DNA of 64,000 bases from an uncultured delta proteobacterium (GCA_963798485.1 CAWCTR010000004.1:288001-352000); one strand, 5' to 3'. Positions 33,656-43,860 are shown, counted from the first letter of the stretch. The notes: generated from the letters alone by a model not told the origin. Program-made: numbers and translations.

Positions 33656-33991
33656 TTAGGCAGTGCCTTCCGGCAGGTAATCCTCCCGTACCGGTGAAAA
33701 GACTTCTATGGCTACAGAGTCCTCAAGGATCTCTGCCCCGTGCTCGACATTACCGGGAATACACCAGCTATCGCCCGCTTCCGCCTCGAATGTCCTTCCC
33801 CTTATGGAGAGCATGATCCGCCCTGAGAGGAGATAGCCTGTCTGTTCATGGGGATGTTCATGCTTGGGCAGGACACTTCCTTTATCCAGCAGGAATTCCG
33901 TGAAAAGGGTCTTGTCGCCAAAGACAAGGGTTTTCATTCTGATACCTGCAAGGGCTTGCTTATAGCCGCGGCTGTTTCTCTTGGAGAACAT
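33656..33991 (-). CDS. Cupin domain protein
   Basis: HEHPHEQTG, IPGNVEH, FSPVREDY. Confidence 0.88.
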   Translation of the reverse strand: MFSKRNSRGYKQALAGIRMKTLVFGDKTLFTEFLLDKGSVLPKHEHPHEQTGYLLSGRIMLSIRGRTFEAEAGDSWCIPGNVEHGAEILEDSVAIEVFSPVREDYLPEGTA

Positions 33992-34117
33992 CTGGCCTAC
34001 TTCCTCCCTTCATTTTCTGTTAGCCGTCGCAAGTTTCCCTGTAATTGATAGCATAATGTTCAAGTACTTTAGTGCCACATAGATAGCAGTTGTTATTTCT
34101 TAGTGTGAATTTTTTAC

Positions 34118-34834
34118 CTAAAACAAATTTGCCTTCTTGATGAAATCTTGAAAGCCCTCCCGTTCGCATTTGAATGCCTCATCAAAGGATACTTCATTGC
34201 GTTTCTCGATCAAGGCCTTAATCTGAAGCATGATGTCATAATTGACCGCGCATATGTCCTGTGCGATCTGCTTGGCCCGGGGCACCAACTCCCCATGGGG
34301 AACCACCTCGTTGACCAGAGCGCACCTGAGCGCATCCTGGGCTGATAGGGGCTTGCATGTGAACGACAGCTGCTTGGCGAGGCGTTGGCCGACCGAACGC
34401 TGCAGTAACTGGGTCATCCCCCACCCCGGGTGGATGCCTACCTTTGCATGGGAATCGGTGAACCGGGCATTCTCAGAGGCGATGAGAAAATCGCACTGCA
34501 TGGCAAGCTCGAACCCTCCGGTGATGGCATTGCCGTTGATAGCCCCTATGATGGGTTTGTTGCACGAAGCAAAGACATCCGGCATATCTTTCCCATCGCC
34601 CCGCGGATCAAGGAGATTATCCTTGCCGATGACACCAAGATCTATACCGGAGCAGAATGACTTGCCGTTGCCGGTAAGGATCGCAACCTTTATATCGCTA
34701 TTGCGCGCAACTTCATCGATAGAATTGTACAGGTTTATGAGCAAGTCCTGACAGATGGAATTGTGCCTTTCAGGTCGGTTCAGGGTAATCAGCGCAACCC
34801 GGCCTACTACTTCAAACAATACGGTTTTATCCAC
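34118..34834 (-). CDS. Enoyl-CoA hydratase/isomerase family protein
   Basis: LNRPERHN, FCSGIDL, AITGGFELA; GTG start after AGGAG. Confidence 0.9.
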   Translation of the reverse strand: MDKTVLFEVVGRVALITLNRPERHNSICQDLLINLYNSIDEVARNSDIKVAILTGNGKSFCSGIDLGVIGKDNLLDPRGDGKDMPDVFASCNKPIIGAINGNAITGGFELAMQCDFLIASENARFTDSHAKVGIHPGWGMTQLLQRSVGQRLAKQLSFTCKPLSAQDALRCALVNEVVPHGELVPRAKQIAQDICAVNYDIMLQIKALIEKRNEVSFDEAFKCEREGFQDFIKKANLF

Positions 34835-35067
34835 GATGTGACTCCTTTCTCTAAAGGATAATGGGGACATTTATTCAAGTTTCACTTATAAACCCTTCCT
34901 TCAAATACGGGTAGGTTTTTATCGGTATAACGCATTTTCTCGCATGACGATTATCAAGAAAAAGGTACAAATTGGTTTCTGATTTAATTTTTTTTGAGTA
35001 AATGCCGAACTAGTTATGAAATTGTGAATTGTACCGTTGATACTATTAATTATGCCCAGGAGGGCGG

Positions 35068-35475
35068 ATGGAGCAGATAAAAGTAGTATTGCGTTACTTG
35101 GATGGCAGAGTTTTCAAGGGCTACACTCAGGATTTTAATCAGACACGGCCCAGTTTTCATTTTCAAAAGAATACCACTGATAGTTCAACCAATAACTCGA
35201 TGTTGATAGAGGTCAAAGATCTCAAGGCATTATTCTTTGTGAAAACATTTGAGGGTGATAAGGAATATAATGAGCGTAAAGAGTTTATCACAGGGGACCT
35301 GCCCCAAGGACGCAAGGTAGAGGTTACTTTTGTAGATGGAGAGATCATTCGGGGATCAACGGTAGGTTATGATCCGCAACGCCCTGGTTTTTTTCTATTG
35401 CCCGTAGATAAGGGCAGTAATAATATTCGAATCTTTGTGGTTACCGCTGCTGTAAAAAACTTCCGGTTTTTATAA
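35068..35475 (+). CDS. Hypothetical protein with internal two-fold repeat (DUF6982-like)
   Basis: KVVLRYLDGRVFKG / KVEVTFVDGEIIRG repeats; SD AGGAGG. Confidence 0.75.
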   Translation: MEQIKVVLRYLDGRVFKGYTQDFNQTRPSFHFQKNTTDSSTNNSMLIEVKDLKALFFVKTFEGDKEYNERKEFITGDLPQGRKVEVTFVDGEIIRGSTVGYDPQRPGFFLLPVDKGSNNIRIFVVTAAVKNFRFL

Positions 35476-35506
35476 TGAGAATGAATACACGATTAAATCT
35501 TAATGG

Positions 35507-37414
35507 TCAGGTATTGAATTTTGCAGCCAGTTCTTCGAGTTCATCCCAACGGCGGTAAGCCTCTTCCAGTTCTTTTTCCAGTGCCTCCAGTTTGTCGTTT
35601 GTTGCGTGAATCGTCCTGGCATCCGTGCCTACCTGGAACGCAGGATCATTGAGGGTTGTGAGGAGAAGATTCTTCTCCTCTTCCATGCCCTCAATCCTCA
35701 GTGGCAGCCCTTCAAGCTCGCGCGATTCCTTATAGGAGAGTTTTTTCTTCTCCTTGATGGGCCTTTCTCTTTTCTGCTTCTCGTCCTTTAATGTTATCTC
35801 TACTTGGGGTTCCTTCATCGGGCGCTGCATGAGCCAGTCATCATAGCCGCCCACATATTCCTGCAGGCGGCCCGCACCCTCGAATACGATGGTGGAGGTT
35901 ACAACATTGTTCAGGAAGACCCTGTCATGGCTTACCATCAGTACCGTGCCGCCGAAGTCCACCAGCCGGTCTTCAAGCATATCCAGGGTTTCGGCATCGA
36001 GGTCGTTGGTCGGCTCATCCAGGACCAGCACGTTGGATGGGGCGCTGAAGAGCTTGGCCAGCAGAAGACGGTTACGTTCCCCGCCTGAAAGGGTCCTGAC
36101 TTGTGACATGATCTGTTCGGCAGAGAAGAGGAAATCCTGGAGATAGCCCACGATATGCCGTGGCATGCCACCTACGATGACCTGGTCGCTGCCGGGCGCG
36201 ACATTCTCCTTGAGGGTCTTGTTCTCATCGAGCTGGGCCCTGAGCTGGTCAAAGTAGGCGATTTTAATTTTTGTGCCGAGACGGACATGGCCCTCTCGTG
36301 GCTTGATTTCACCAAGCAGGAGCTTCAGCAGGGTTGTCTTACCGCTCCCGTTGGGCCCCATGATGCCCACCTTGTCCCCTCGCATGATGGTGGTGGAAAA
36401 GGTTTTCATGAGGATGTTTTCTCCATAGGCAAAGCTGATATTCTTGGCGTCGGCAACCAACCGGCCGCTTCTTTCAGCCTCCTGGATCACGAGACGGGCT
36501 CTGCCCTCCTGCTCCCGCCTGAGGGCGCGTTCCTGGCGCATGTGCATCAAGGCTCGAACCCGGCCCTCGTTCCTGGTACGGCGCGCCTCAAGGCCCCGCC
36601 TGACCCAGATCTCCTCTTTGGCCAGCTTCTTGTCAAAATCAAGCCTGTGGTTCTCCTCCTCTTCCAGCATTGCCTGCCGGCGTTCGAGGTAGGTTCCGTA
36701 ATCACAGGCAAAGGATAACAAGCGGCCGCGGTCTATCTCCACGATGCGTAGTGCGAGTTTCCTCAGAAAGGCCCGGTCATGGCTGACAAACATGATTGTG
36801 TTATCATACCTGAGGAGAAAATCCTCAAGCCAGAGGATGGAGCCGATATCCAGATGGTTCGTGGGCTCATCCAACAGGAGCATGTCCGGATCGTTCACCA
36901 GTGCCCTGGCAAGAAAAACCCTGCGTTTCAATCCTGCAGAGAGATATTTAAATTCGGCGTTCTCATCCAAGTCGGTCTTCGTAATCACCGTCTCAACCTT
37001 TTGGTGATAATCCCAGGCCCCGGAGGACTCCAGATGGTGCTGGACCTGTTCAATCCTCCTGATGAGGCCCGTGTCATCACCTTGATGCGAAAGCCGCAGC
37101 GTGAGGTCGTGGTATTCCCTGAGCAGATCAATATGAACGCTCACACCTGAAGCCACGACATCATAGACAGTCCCGGCCAAGTCATCCGGTACATCCTGGG
37201 GCAGCATGGAGGTTCTGATATCGCCGTTTCTGATTATAGTGCCTTGATCCGGAGCTATTTCACCGCTGATCATCTTCATGAGGGTGGACTTGCCTGAACC
37301 GTTCCGGCCCAGAAGGCCTATCCTTTCTCCCGGTTCGATCTGAAGTGCCGCATTATCCAGGAGCAATGGGCCGCCAAAGCTTATGGAAACATTATTGATC
37401 CGTAACAGGGCCAT
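35507..37414 (-). CDS. uup: ABC-F ATPase, Uup-like
   Basis: Two ABC domains, ARRTRNEGRVRAL linker, C-terminal KLSYKE coiled coil. Confidence 0.88.
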   Translation of the reverse strand: MALLRINNVSISFGGPLLLDNAALQIEPGERIGLLGRNGSGKSTLMKMISGEIAPDQGTIIRNGDIRTSMLPQDVPDDLAGTVYDVVASGVSVHIDLLREYHDLTLRLSHQGDDTGLIRRIEQVQHHLESSGAWDYHQKVETVITKTDLDENAEFKYLSAGLKRRVFLARALVNDPDMLLLDEPTNHLDIGSILWLEDFLLRYDNTIMFVSHDRAFLRKLALRIVEIDRGRLLSFACDYGTYLERRQAMLEEEENHRLDFDKKLAKEEIWVRRGLEARRTRNEGRVRALMHMRQERALRREQEGRARLVIQEAERSGRLVADAKNISFAYGENILMKTFSTTIMRGDKVGIMGPNGSGKTTLLKLLLGEIKPREGHVRLGTKIKIAYFDQLRAQLDENKTLKENVAPGSDQVIVGGMPRHIVGYLQDFLFSAEQIMSQVRTLSGGERNRLLLAKLFSAPSNVLVLDEPTNDLDAETLDMLEDRLVDFGGTVLMVSHDRVFLNNVVTSTIVFEGAGRLQEYVGGYDDWLMQRPMKEPQVEITLKDEKQKRERPIKEKKKLSYKESRELEGLPLRIEGMEEEKNLLLTTLNDPAFQVGTDARTIHATNDKLEALEKELEEAYRRWDELEELAAKFNT

Positions 37415-37470
37415 AGATGGGCTGGTCTTTTCAGCAGGTCATTGAAAATATAAAACAAGGATCCGATTCA

Positions 37471-37584
37471 TCAGTTGATCACCTTCAGAAACTTCACCAG
37501 CAGAAGACCAACCAAAAAAATAAGGTAGAATCGTATGAAATACAAAGCAAACTTGCTCATCCTTGTCATCTTCACACGCGGCAT
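37471..37584 (-). CDS. Unannotated 37-aa single-pass membrane protein
   Basis: MPRVKMTRMSKFALYFIRFYLIFLVGLLLVKFLKVIN; GGAG SD; directly downstream of the MgtE-like gene. Confidence 0.65.
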   Translation of the reverse strand: MPRVKMTRMSKFALYFIRFYLIFLVGLLLVKFLKVIN

Positions 37585-37632
37585 ATTCGTCTCTCCATAA
37601 CTGTTTGCAGGTCTCTACCCCTTGAGGGGCTG

Positions 37633-38919
37633 CTATTGCGATATGAGATTATCAATATCATTGTGATAGAGCACCCCAAGGATTCGGTCGTTCCTGTCTA
37701 CAACAGGAATCATGTGGTATTGGTACTTCACGAACATTTCCACCAGATCATCCTGTACATCATCCTCCTCTGCTGAGACCACCGGCGAGGCCATGACATC
37801 GCCCATGGTCAGATGCCCCTGTGCAAGAACCAGATCGCGGAGATCAACCACCCCGAGCAGGGTTTCGCCGTCGCCATTGACAACATAGATATATGAGATG
37901 CTCTTGGGATCTCTGCCGGAACCCCTTATCGTGACAAAGAAATCGCTGACCTTATCCGTCTTCTGTGCAACAACATAATCGGAAGACATGATATTCCTCG
38001 CCTGGATCTCACGCTGTGAAAGGATGTTGCGGACACGTTCAGCCTGATCCTTGCTCAGGTAGGCCATAAGTTCGGTTACATCGTCGTGCGGCAGGACCGT
38101 AAAGAGACCTGCCAGCTGCGGGGTCGACATCTCCGATAGGATCTTGCGGGCCTTTTCCTCCCTCAGGTTGGCGATGATCTGCCGCTGTGCCCTGGGCTCC
38201 GCCTCCATCAGGGTTTCAGCCGCCTTTTCATTATCAAGGGCCGAGAAGAGCACCTGCTGCTCGTCACCCGGCAGTTCCTCCAGGAAATCCGCCAGATCTT
38301 CACTGGGGAGTTCCAACATCTGCTTTTTCGTGACCGAGAGCGCCACCTTGTCCGTAGAGACGGCGTCCTCAACAGACAGAGGCTGTATATATTTCCATGA
38401 GATGAGGTTGCTGGTCACCAGCTCAAATCTTCCCAGGCCCCACCTTCGGAAGAAACCGCCGAAGGAGACATCGACATGGATAAGGAGTAACAGCCCCCGT
38501 GTTTCAAGAAAATGGACATCATTAACCACCTCTACCTGCCTACCGTCGATGTCGAGAACGGTCTTACCCATGAGATGCTTGTCCATGAGTATCCAACCCG
38601 CCTGATCTACAAAAGGAGGGAAGACATCGCCACTATCCGGCGGCCTGACGAAGATGGCATCATCTTCAATCTTTATTACCTTTGACCATGGTATGAACTC
38701 GGTGGGTTTTCCCCATCCGTGCTCTATATAGATACCAACCGCTTCCGGATATGGCTCTTTATGGAGGAAGACAAGGTCGGTCAGTTTTCCGATGCGGTTC
38801 TTGATCTGTTCTCTGCATACCGGCAGCTTGAGCAGCTCCGAGAAGAAGAGAAACCTGAACTGCTCGAATCCGGGATGCTGGTCAACAACTTTCGTCTTAG
38901 AGTTTTTATCCGTTATCAT
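37633..38919 (-). CDS. Soluble MgtE-N/CBS domain protein with PRC-barrel-like N-terminus (no TM pore)
   Basis: DLADFLEEL helical repeats, CBS pair (IYVVN..LLGVVDLRDL, IPVVD); no hydrophobic C-terminus. Confidence 0.85.
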   Translation of the reverse strand: MITDKNSKTKVVDQHPGFEQFRFLFFSELLKLPVCREQIKNRIGKLTDLVFLHKEPYPEAVGIYIEHGWGKPTEFIPWSKVIKIEDDAIFVRPPDSGDVFPPFVDQAGWILMDKHLMGKTVLDIDGRQVEVVNDVHFLETRGLLLLIHVDVSFGGFFRRWGLGRFELVTSNLISWKYIQPLSVEDAVSTDKVALSVTKKQMLELPSEDLADFLEELPGDEQQVLFSALDNEKAAETLMEAEPRAQRQIIANLREEKARKILSEMSTPQLAGLFTVLPHDDVTELMAYLSKDQAERVRNILSQREIQARNIMSSDYVVAQKTDKVSDFFVTIRGSGRDPKSISYIYVVNGDGETLLGVVDLRDLVLAQGHLTMGDVMASPVVSAEEDDVQDDLVEMFVKYQYHMIPVVDRNDRILGVLYHNDIDNLISQ

Positions 38920-38938
38920 TTGCCTACCTCTCTGCTAC

Positions 38939-40246
38939 TCATGTGAATAAACTCGGGAACAGAGTTCCTATGCCCATCAAAGAGGACATGATGATAACAA
39001 AAATAACAATACCCCAATTGATGATGTTCTGTGAGCGCGTATTTACATATTCCCCCATAAATGCAGGATCATTCAGAAGAAGCAGGAGAAAGACCAGCGT
39101 AGCAGGCAAGAGAGTGACAGCCACTACCTGCACGAACATGGTGATGGTAACGAGCGGTGCATTGGGAATGAGTACGACTGCTCCGGAAGTGAGAAGCATA
39201 AACAGGTAAATCAGGTAAAACCAGGGAGCATCCTTGACTCTCTGGTTCAGGGAATGCGCCCATCCGAAGACCTCGCCTACGGCCCATGATGTGGAGAGCG
39301 ATATGCACAGTGCACCCAAAAATCCGGCATCAAAAAGACCTATGGCAAAAAGTTTACGGGCAAGATGTCCTTGTCCTAGAGGGAGGAGGGGCACAATCGC
39401 TTCAGCTGTCTGACGTGCATCTTGAATGGAGATGGGTGGCCTGTGATAGAAAAAGGCAGCGCTTGCTGCGATAATAATAAAGACGGCAACGAGGCAAGTG
39501 AGAAAAGAACCTACGAGTGTCTCCAGTTTTCCGAAACCGACATCATGGATATCGAGTCCCTTGTCCACGACGGCACTCTGCTGGAAGAAGATCATCCACG
39601 GGGCAATGGTGGTTCCGATGTTGGCTAGTATGATAAAGATAAGCTCCATGGAAAATCCGCCCATGGCCGGGTTGTAAAATCCTTTTAATACCTCGCTCCA
39701 TGCCGGTGCCGTGGGCGTTTTCATGGCCCAAAAGGCGGCCGGGATGTAGACGAGATTGAAACAGCAGAAGAAAAGGGTGAGTTTTTCAAAGGTCCAGTAT
39801 TGACCGGTGAGAACAACAGTGAAAAGGATTGCGGTCACGGCAATGAATGTCAGCCATGGAGGTATCCCGAACATGCTCATGGCAGCGATCATACCCACGT
39901 ATTCCGTAACCAGTGTGAGCCAGTTGGTAACGATCAGGTCCCCAAGGGAGAACCAGCCCCAGAAAGGACCGAAGCCTTCAAAAATGGCTTCAGCGTTGCC
40001 ACGCTTCGATACTGCACCCAAGCGGACGGTCATCTCCTGGACGTAATACGCCATGGGCAGGAGGATGACAAACATCCACAGGAGCGAGAAGCCGTATTTT
40101 GATCCGGTGACGGCATAGGTGGAGATGCCGCCGGCATCGTTGTCGGCTATCATGACGATAATACCGGGACCGAGGACAGAGAGGAAGATGATGAACCTTT
40201 TGCGGAACCTGTCAAGATAGTGGAAGGTTTTACTCAGCCAATACAT
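38939..40246 (-). CDS. NRAMP-family divalent metal transporter (Mg2+-type clade)
   Basis: GPGIIVMIADNDAGG (DAGG in place of DPGN), GTTIAPW, about 11 TM segments. Confidence 0.88.
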   Translation of the reverse strand: MYWLSKTFHYLDRFRKRFIIFLSVLGPGIIVMIADNDAGGISTYAVTGSKYGFSLLWMFVILLPMAYYVQEMTVRLGAVSKRGNAEAIFEGFGPFWGWFSLGDLIVTNWLTLVTEYVGMIAAMSMFGIPPWLTFIAVTAILFTVVLTGQYWTFEKLTLFFCCFNLVYIPAAFWAMKTPTAPAWSEVLKGFYNPAMGGFSMELIFIILANIGTTIAPWMIFFQQSAVVDKGLDIHDVGFGKLETLVGSFLTCLVAVFIIIAASAAFFYHRPPISIQDARQTAEAIVPLLPLGQGHLARKLFAIGLFDAGFLGALCISLSTSWAVGEVFGWAHSLNQRVKDAPWFYLIYLFMLLTSGAVVLIPNAPLVTITMFVQVVAVTLLPATLVFLLLLLNDPAFMGEYVNTRSQNIINWGIVIFVIIMSSLMGIGTLFPSLFT

Positions 40247-40341
40247 AGCTAAAACCTTTAATAATTATAGATTGATACGAACATCGAGATGTTTTTATAA
40301 TCTCTCCCGATACCCTGAAATAGATGAGTTGGTGTAATCTC

Positions 40342-40510
40342 AGCATACATCCACACCCCGATCGTATCTCTCGACAGGATCGACCGGATTTCGTAAGGAA
40401 TGTGTATGCTACGGATCCGGCACGATCATCTCTCCCTTGCCCTTGGACAGACGATCCATGCCGGGCAAGGGTTAAAATCTATGACTAGTGCTGCCTTCGT
40501 CATTACTCAT
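40342..40510 (-). promoter_or_regulatory. Structured 5' leader with uORFs
   Basis: uORF 40510-40472, hairpin 40434-40471, uORF MIVPDP 40429-40409, hairpin 40342-40410. Confidence 0.5.
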
Positions 40511-40675
40511 GATAGCCTCTCCCTAGCACAGTGAAAAGGGACAGTCAAAGGTGAAAATTCACAAAACATCCATCAGTAAGTTCAATCCTCTATGATAATA
40601 TTCCGGTTTGCGATTAGGTGATAATTATTCATGCTGCCATACATGTTGAATGAGGGGGGACTCTTAAAAGGTATT

Positions 40676-40708
40676 ACTACGGGTACGCGTGTTAGGCGTA
40701 CCCGTAGT
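40676..40708 (-). terminator. 13-bp hairpin downstream of the AbfD-like gene
   Basis: ACTACGGGTACGC-7 nt-GCGTACCCGTAGT. Confidence 0.65.
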
Positions 40709-40714
40709 GGAGGC

Positions 40715-42205
40715 TTACAGCTTGGTGAGAGTACCCGGCTTCAGCTCTTCCACCCCTGCAAGGTAATTCACAAGATGTTCCCGTGACTTGATATCGTACT
40801 GGGACGTTATGGCGATCTCTTCCATGATGGGCGATCCGCCGCCATGGTAGTTGCCGTAGTTCATGGGCCCGGTAAAACCCGAGCATGAGTAGTCTATAAA
40901 GAGCATCCAGAATTTGATCTGGTCCTCTACGGAGGCGCCTGGATTACGGTTGAGGTACTTCTCCAGGAGCGGCTTCAGTTCCGGGTTCAGGAGGTCGCCT
41001 TCGTTGGGGAAGGTTGCAGGCAGACCGCCTGCAATACTGCAGAGCATCTCCTGCTCCTCGAAAACCGCCTCTCCGGTGAGACATCTGCCCACATTGGCAT
41101 AGATGGAATTAGGGATACAGCTGCCGGGGCCATAGGGCACCGGACCCATGCCCGGGATATAGATCTCGGGCTTGCCCATGGCTGATGCCGTGTAGCCTGC
41201 CGCATAGCCGAGTTCGGTAATCTTGATGAATTCGGCGAGCATCTTCCTGATGTGGCCGGTCTTCCGGATGCCGTTGTGCCGGGCAGCCATAGATGCCATG
41301 CCGGTCAGCACATCGCCGATGGCCGGTTTGCAGCCGGAATAGCTGTGGCGGTGGAACAGGGCGAAGAGCAGGGCACATACACCGCCGTGATCGTTCTCTC
41401 CACAGAGGAAGACCCTGTCCCAGGGCACAAAGACATCATCGAAGATCAGGTATGAATCCGTATAGCCGCCGGCGAATCCTTTGTGATAACTTTTACGCTT
41501 GCGGAAGTTGTGAATGGAGAGCACCTGCTTGACGCCCTCGTGATCGGCCGGTACCGCGAATGCCACGGCATAATCCTTTTCGTCAGGCCCGAGCGCCCTG
41601 GTGGGGATGACCAGGATTTCATCGGCTATGGAGGCCTCGGAGATATGGAGCTTGCATCCCCTGACAACGATACCGTCGCTCTTTTTCTCTACAACATGCA
41701 GGTACATGTCCGGATCGGTCTGTTCAATGGGCCTCTTCAAGCGTTCGCCCTTGACGTCGGTCTGGGCGCAGCACCCCACAAGATCTTTGTCCTGGAAACG
41801 GGTAAGCCATTTCAGGAAGTTCTTGTGATACTCGGTCTTGCCGCCGTTCAGCTTGTCGGCTTCAAATGAGGCTGCATTGATGGCGTTGATGGAGTCTATG
41901 CCCATGCAGCGCTGGATGCAGAAGCCGACTTTACGGCACAGGGCGCGTGTCATGTCCTGTTTTTTATGGAGATCCTGTGTGTTCTGGTGGATATGACAGA
42001 AGCGGTTGATGGTATTGCCCGTAAGGTGTGACTTTGCGGTGCATAGATCCTTGAGCTCCGGGTCTGTGGCAGCATCAAAAGTTACGCCCATGACCTCAAG
42101 GGTGGGCAACTGCAGCTCGTCATCACGGTCAATGATCGAACCGTTGTAGTAGAGATTCCTGCGCATCTTGCGCAACCCTTCTATGTATTGTTTCTTCGTT
42201 CTCAT
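40715..42205 (-). CDS. 4-hydroxybutyryl-CoA dehydratase (AbfD)-like FAD/[4Fe-4S] protein
   Basis: CIQRC, QTDVKG, HRHSYSGCK, HGGGSP. Confidence 0.82.
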   Translation of the reverse strand: MRTKKQYIEGLRKMRRNLYYNGSIIDRDDELQLPTLEVMGVTFDAATDPELKDLCTAKSHLTGNTINRFCHIHQNTQDLHKKQDMTRALCRKVGFCIQRCMGIDSINAINAASFEADKLNGGKTEYHKNFLKWLTRFQDKDLVGCCAQTDVKGERLKRPIEQTDPDMYLHVVEKKSDGIVVRGCKLHISEASIADEILVIPTRALGPDEKDYAVAFAVPADHEGVKQVLSIHNFRKRKSYHKGFAGGYTDSYLIFDDVFVPWDRVFLCGENDHGGVCALLFALFHRHSYSGCKPAIGDVLTGMASMAARHNGIRKTGHIRKMLAEFIKITELGYAAGYTASAMGKPEIYIPGMGPVPYGPGSCIPNSIYANVGRCLTGEAVFEEQEMLCSIAGGLPATFPNEGDLLNPELKPLLEKYLNRNPGASVEDQIKFWMLFIDYSCSGFTGPMNYGNYHGGGSPIMEEIAITSQYDIKSREHLVNYLAGVEELKPGTLTKL

Positions 42206-42247
42206 ACAAACCTCCGTTTGAGATGCTCTTTTCGTTTGACCATGTTG

Positions 42248-42934
42248 TTATGACCCTTGTGTCCTTTTAGTGTTGTCTGTTTTTTTCAGCGATATGGCAT
42301 CGTCTCCGAGGTGCAGGTGGAGGGTGATATCCTTGGAGTTCTTCTGAACCCGTAACCCTTCGAGTATCAGGTCAACGAGGGGATCGACATGGTCCATCAG
42401 ATTGGATGGGGTGCCTAGGAGATGCCACCTGGTGCAGAGGTGTTCAATAGTCCCCAGGATCATGGATCGTACCAGATAGGGATCAGCGTCCTTTTTAAAG
42501 GTGCCCTCTTCCATGCCTTCCTGAATGCAGGACAGCAGCATGCGTGCGGCAGTGCGGATTACCTCGTAGGCCTTGGTCTTCAGAAAATTCCTGTTGGTCT
42601 TGAGGTGGAGCATTATCAGGGCGGAGTACTGGGGATTTTTTTCATAGAGGGTCATATAAATCTGTACAAGGGCCCTCAGTTTGGATTCAACACCCCTGAG
42701 GAACGGCAGCATCTTCTCTGCGCCTCTTAACGCCTCGTCCGTAATCTCCTCGGGAATCGCAAACAGCAATTCCTCCTTGCTCTTGAAATATTCGTATACG
42801 GTGGCGTCAGAGACCCCTGCGGCCTTGCTTATTTCAGAAATGGTCGCATCCTGGAAACCCTTTTCGGCGAAAATTTTCAGGGCGGATTCGATGATTCTCT
42901 CTCTTCGTGCGGTTTTCGGGGTTGTCTTTGTCAT
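42248..42934 (-). CDS. TetR/AcrR family regulator
   Basis: FAEKGFQDATISEISKAAGVSDATVYEYFKSKEELL. Confidence 0.93.
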   Translation of the reverse strand: MTKTTPKTARRERIIESALKIFAEKGFQDATISEISKAAGVSDATVYEYFKSKEELLFAIPEEITDEALRGAEKMLPFLRGVESKLRALVQIYMTLYEKNPQYSALIMLHLKTNRNFLKTKAYEVIRTAARMLLSCIQEGMEEGTFKKDADPYLVRSMILGTIEHLCTRWHLLGTPSNLMDHVDPLVDLILEGLRVQKNSKDITLHLHLGDDAISLKKTDNTKRTQGS

Positions 42935-42943
42935 GACCTCACA

Positions 42944-43008
42944 ATACTAGAGTAAGCCTCCGGTAATGTCAAGTATTAATTGACACCGACTATTATTTAA
43001 TGTATATT
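42944..43008. promoter_or_regulatory. Back-to-back sigma70 promoters
   Basis: Plus: TTGACA(42980)-17 nt-TATATT; minus: TTGACA(42972)-17 nt-TAGTAT. Confidence 0.65.
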
Positions 43009-43041
43009 AATCATAGTGACACTCTAAATAAGGAGAATAAC

Positions 43042-43806
43042 ATGGAGAAGGTGGATTTTAGTTTAAAAGGGAAGATTGCACTGGTAACCGGGGCCAGCCG
43101 CGGAATCGGCGAGGCCATTGCCATTACGCTTGCCGACTACGGCGCCCACTGTATCCTCGTGAGCCGCAAGGCAGATGCCCTTGCCGGCGTTGCGGAAAAG
43201 ATCGCATCCCGGGGGGGCAAGGCCGAGGTCATGGCCTGCCACGTGGGCGACCTCAAGCAGATCGAGGGGCTCTTCGCCAGGATCAAGGAGCGCCATGGCA
43301 AGCTCCACATCCTCATCAACAACGCCGCCACCAACCCCTACTTCGGGGAGATGCTGGGCGCCGATGAAGGGGTATGGAACAAGACCTTTGACGTGAACCT
43401 CAAGGGACCGTTCTTCCTGATCAAGCATGCAGCCATACTCATGACGGAATCGGGTGGCGGCTCCATTGTGAACGTGTCTTCCATCAACGGTGTCAAGCCG
43501 GCGCCTTTACAGGGGATCTATTCCATCACCAAGGCCGGGCTCATCTCCATGACGTTAGCCTTTGCCAAGGAGCTTGCCGCCAGGAACATCCGGGTGAATG
43601 CGCTGTTGCCGGGCCTGGTGGACACGCACTTCTCCAAGGCCATCATGGGCAACGAGGCCATTCACGACTATGCGGTCAAGATGATCCCCATGAACAGGCA
43701 CGCCCAGCCCCGGGAGATCGCAGGTGTGGTGCTCTATCTGGTCTCCGATGCGGCCTCCTTCACAACGGGCGCGAGCTTCGTAGTGGACGGTGGGGCCTTG
43801 GCATAA
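43042..43806 (+). CDS. Short-chain dehydrogenase/reductase
   Basis: TGASRGIG, NNAA, YSITK. Confidence 0.92.
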   Translation: MEKVDFSLKGKIALVTGASRGIGEAIAITLADYGAHCILVSRKADALAGVAEKIASRGGKAEVMACHVGDLKQIEGLFARIKERHGKLHILINNAATNPYFGEMLGADEGVWNKTFDVNLKGPFFLIKHAAILMTESGGGSIVNVSSINGVKPAPLQGIYSITKAGLISMTLAFAKELAARNIRVNALLPGLVDTHFSKAIMGNEAIHDYAVKMIPMNRHAQPREIAGVVLYLVSDAASFTTGASFVVDGGALA

Positions 43807-43860
43807 AGATATAAATCTTTGAAGAAGAGTCGAAGACGTAACCTTTGAAAGGGGATCGAT

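Noticed and set aside
34984-35010. sigma28-like promoter before the DUF6982-like gene
   Set aside because: GCCGAAC is present but the -35 element and spacing fit poorly.
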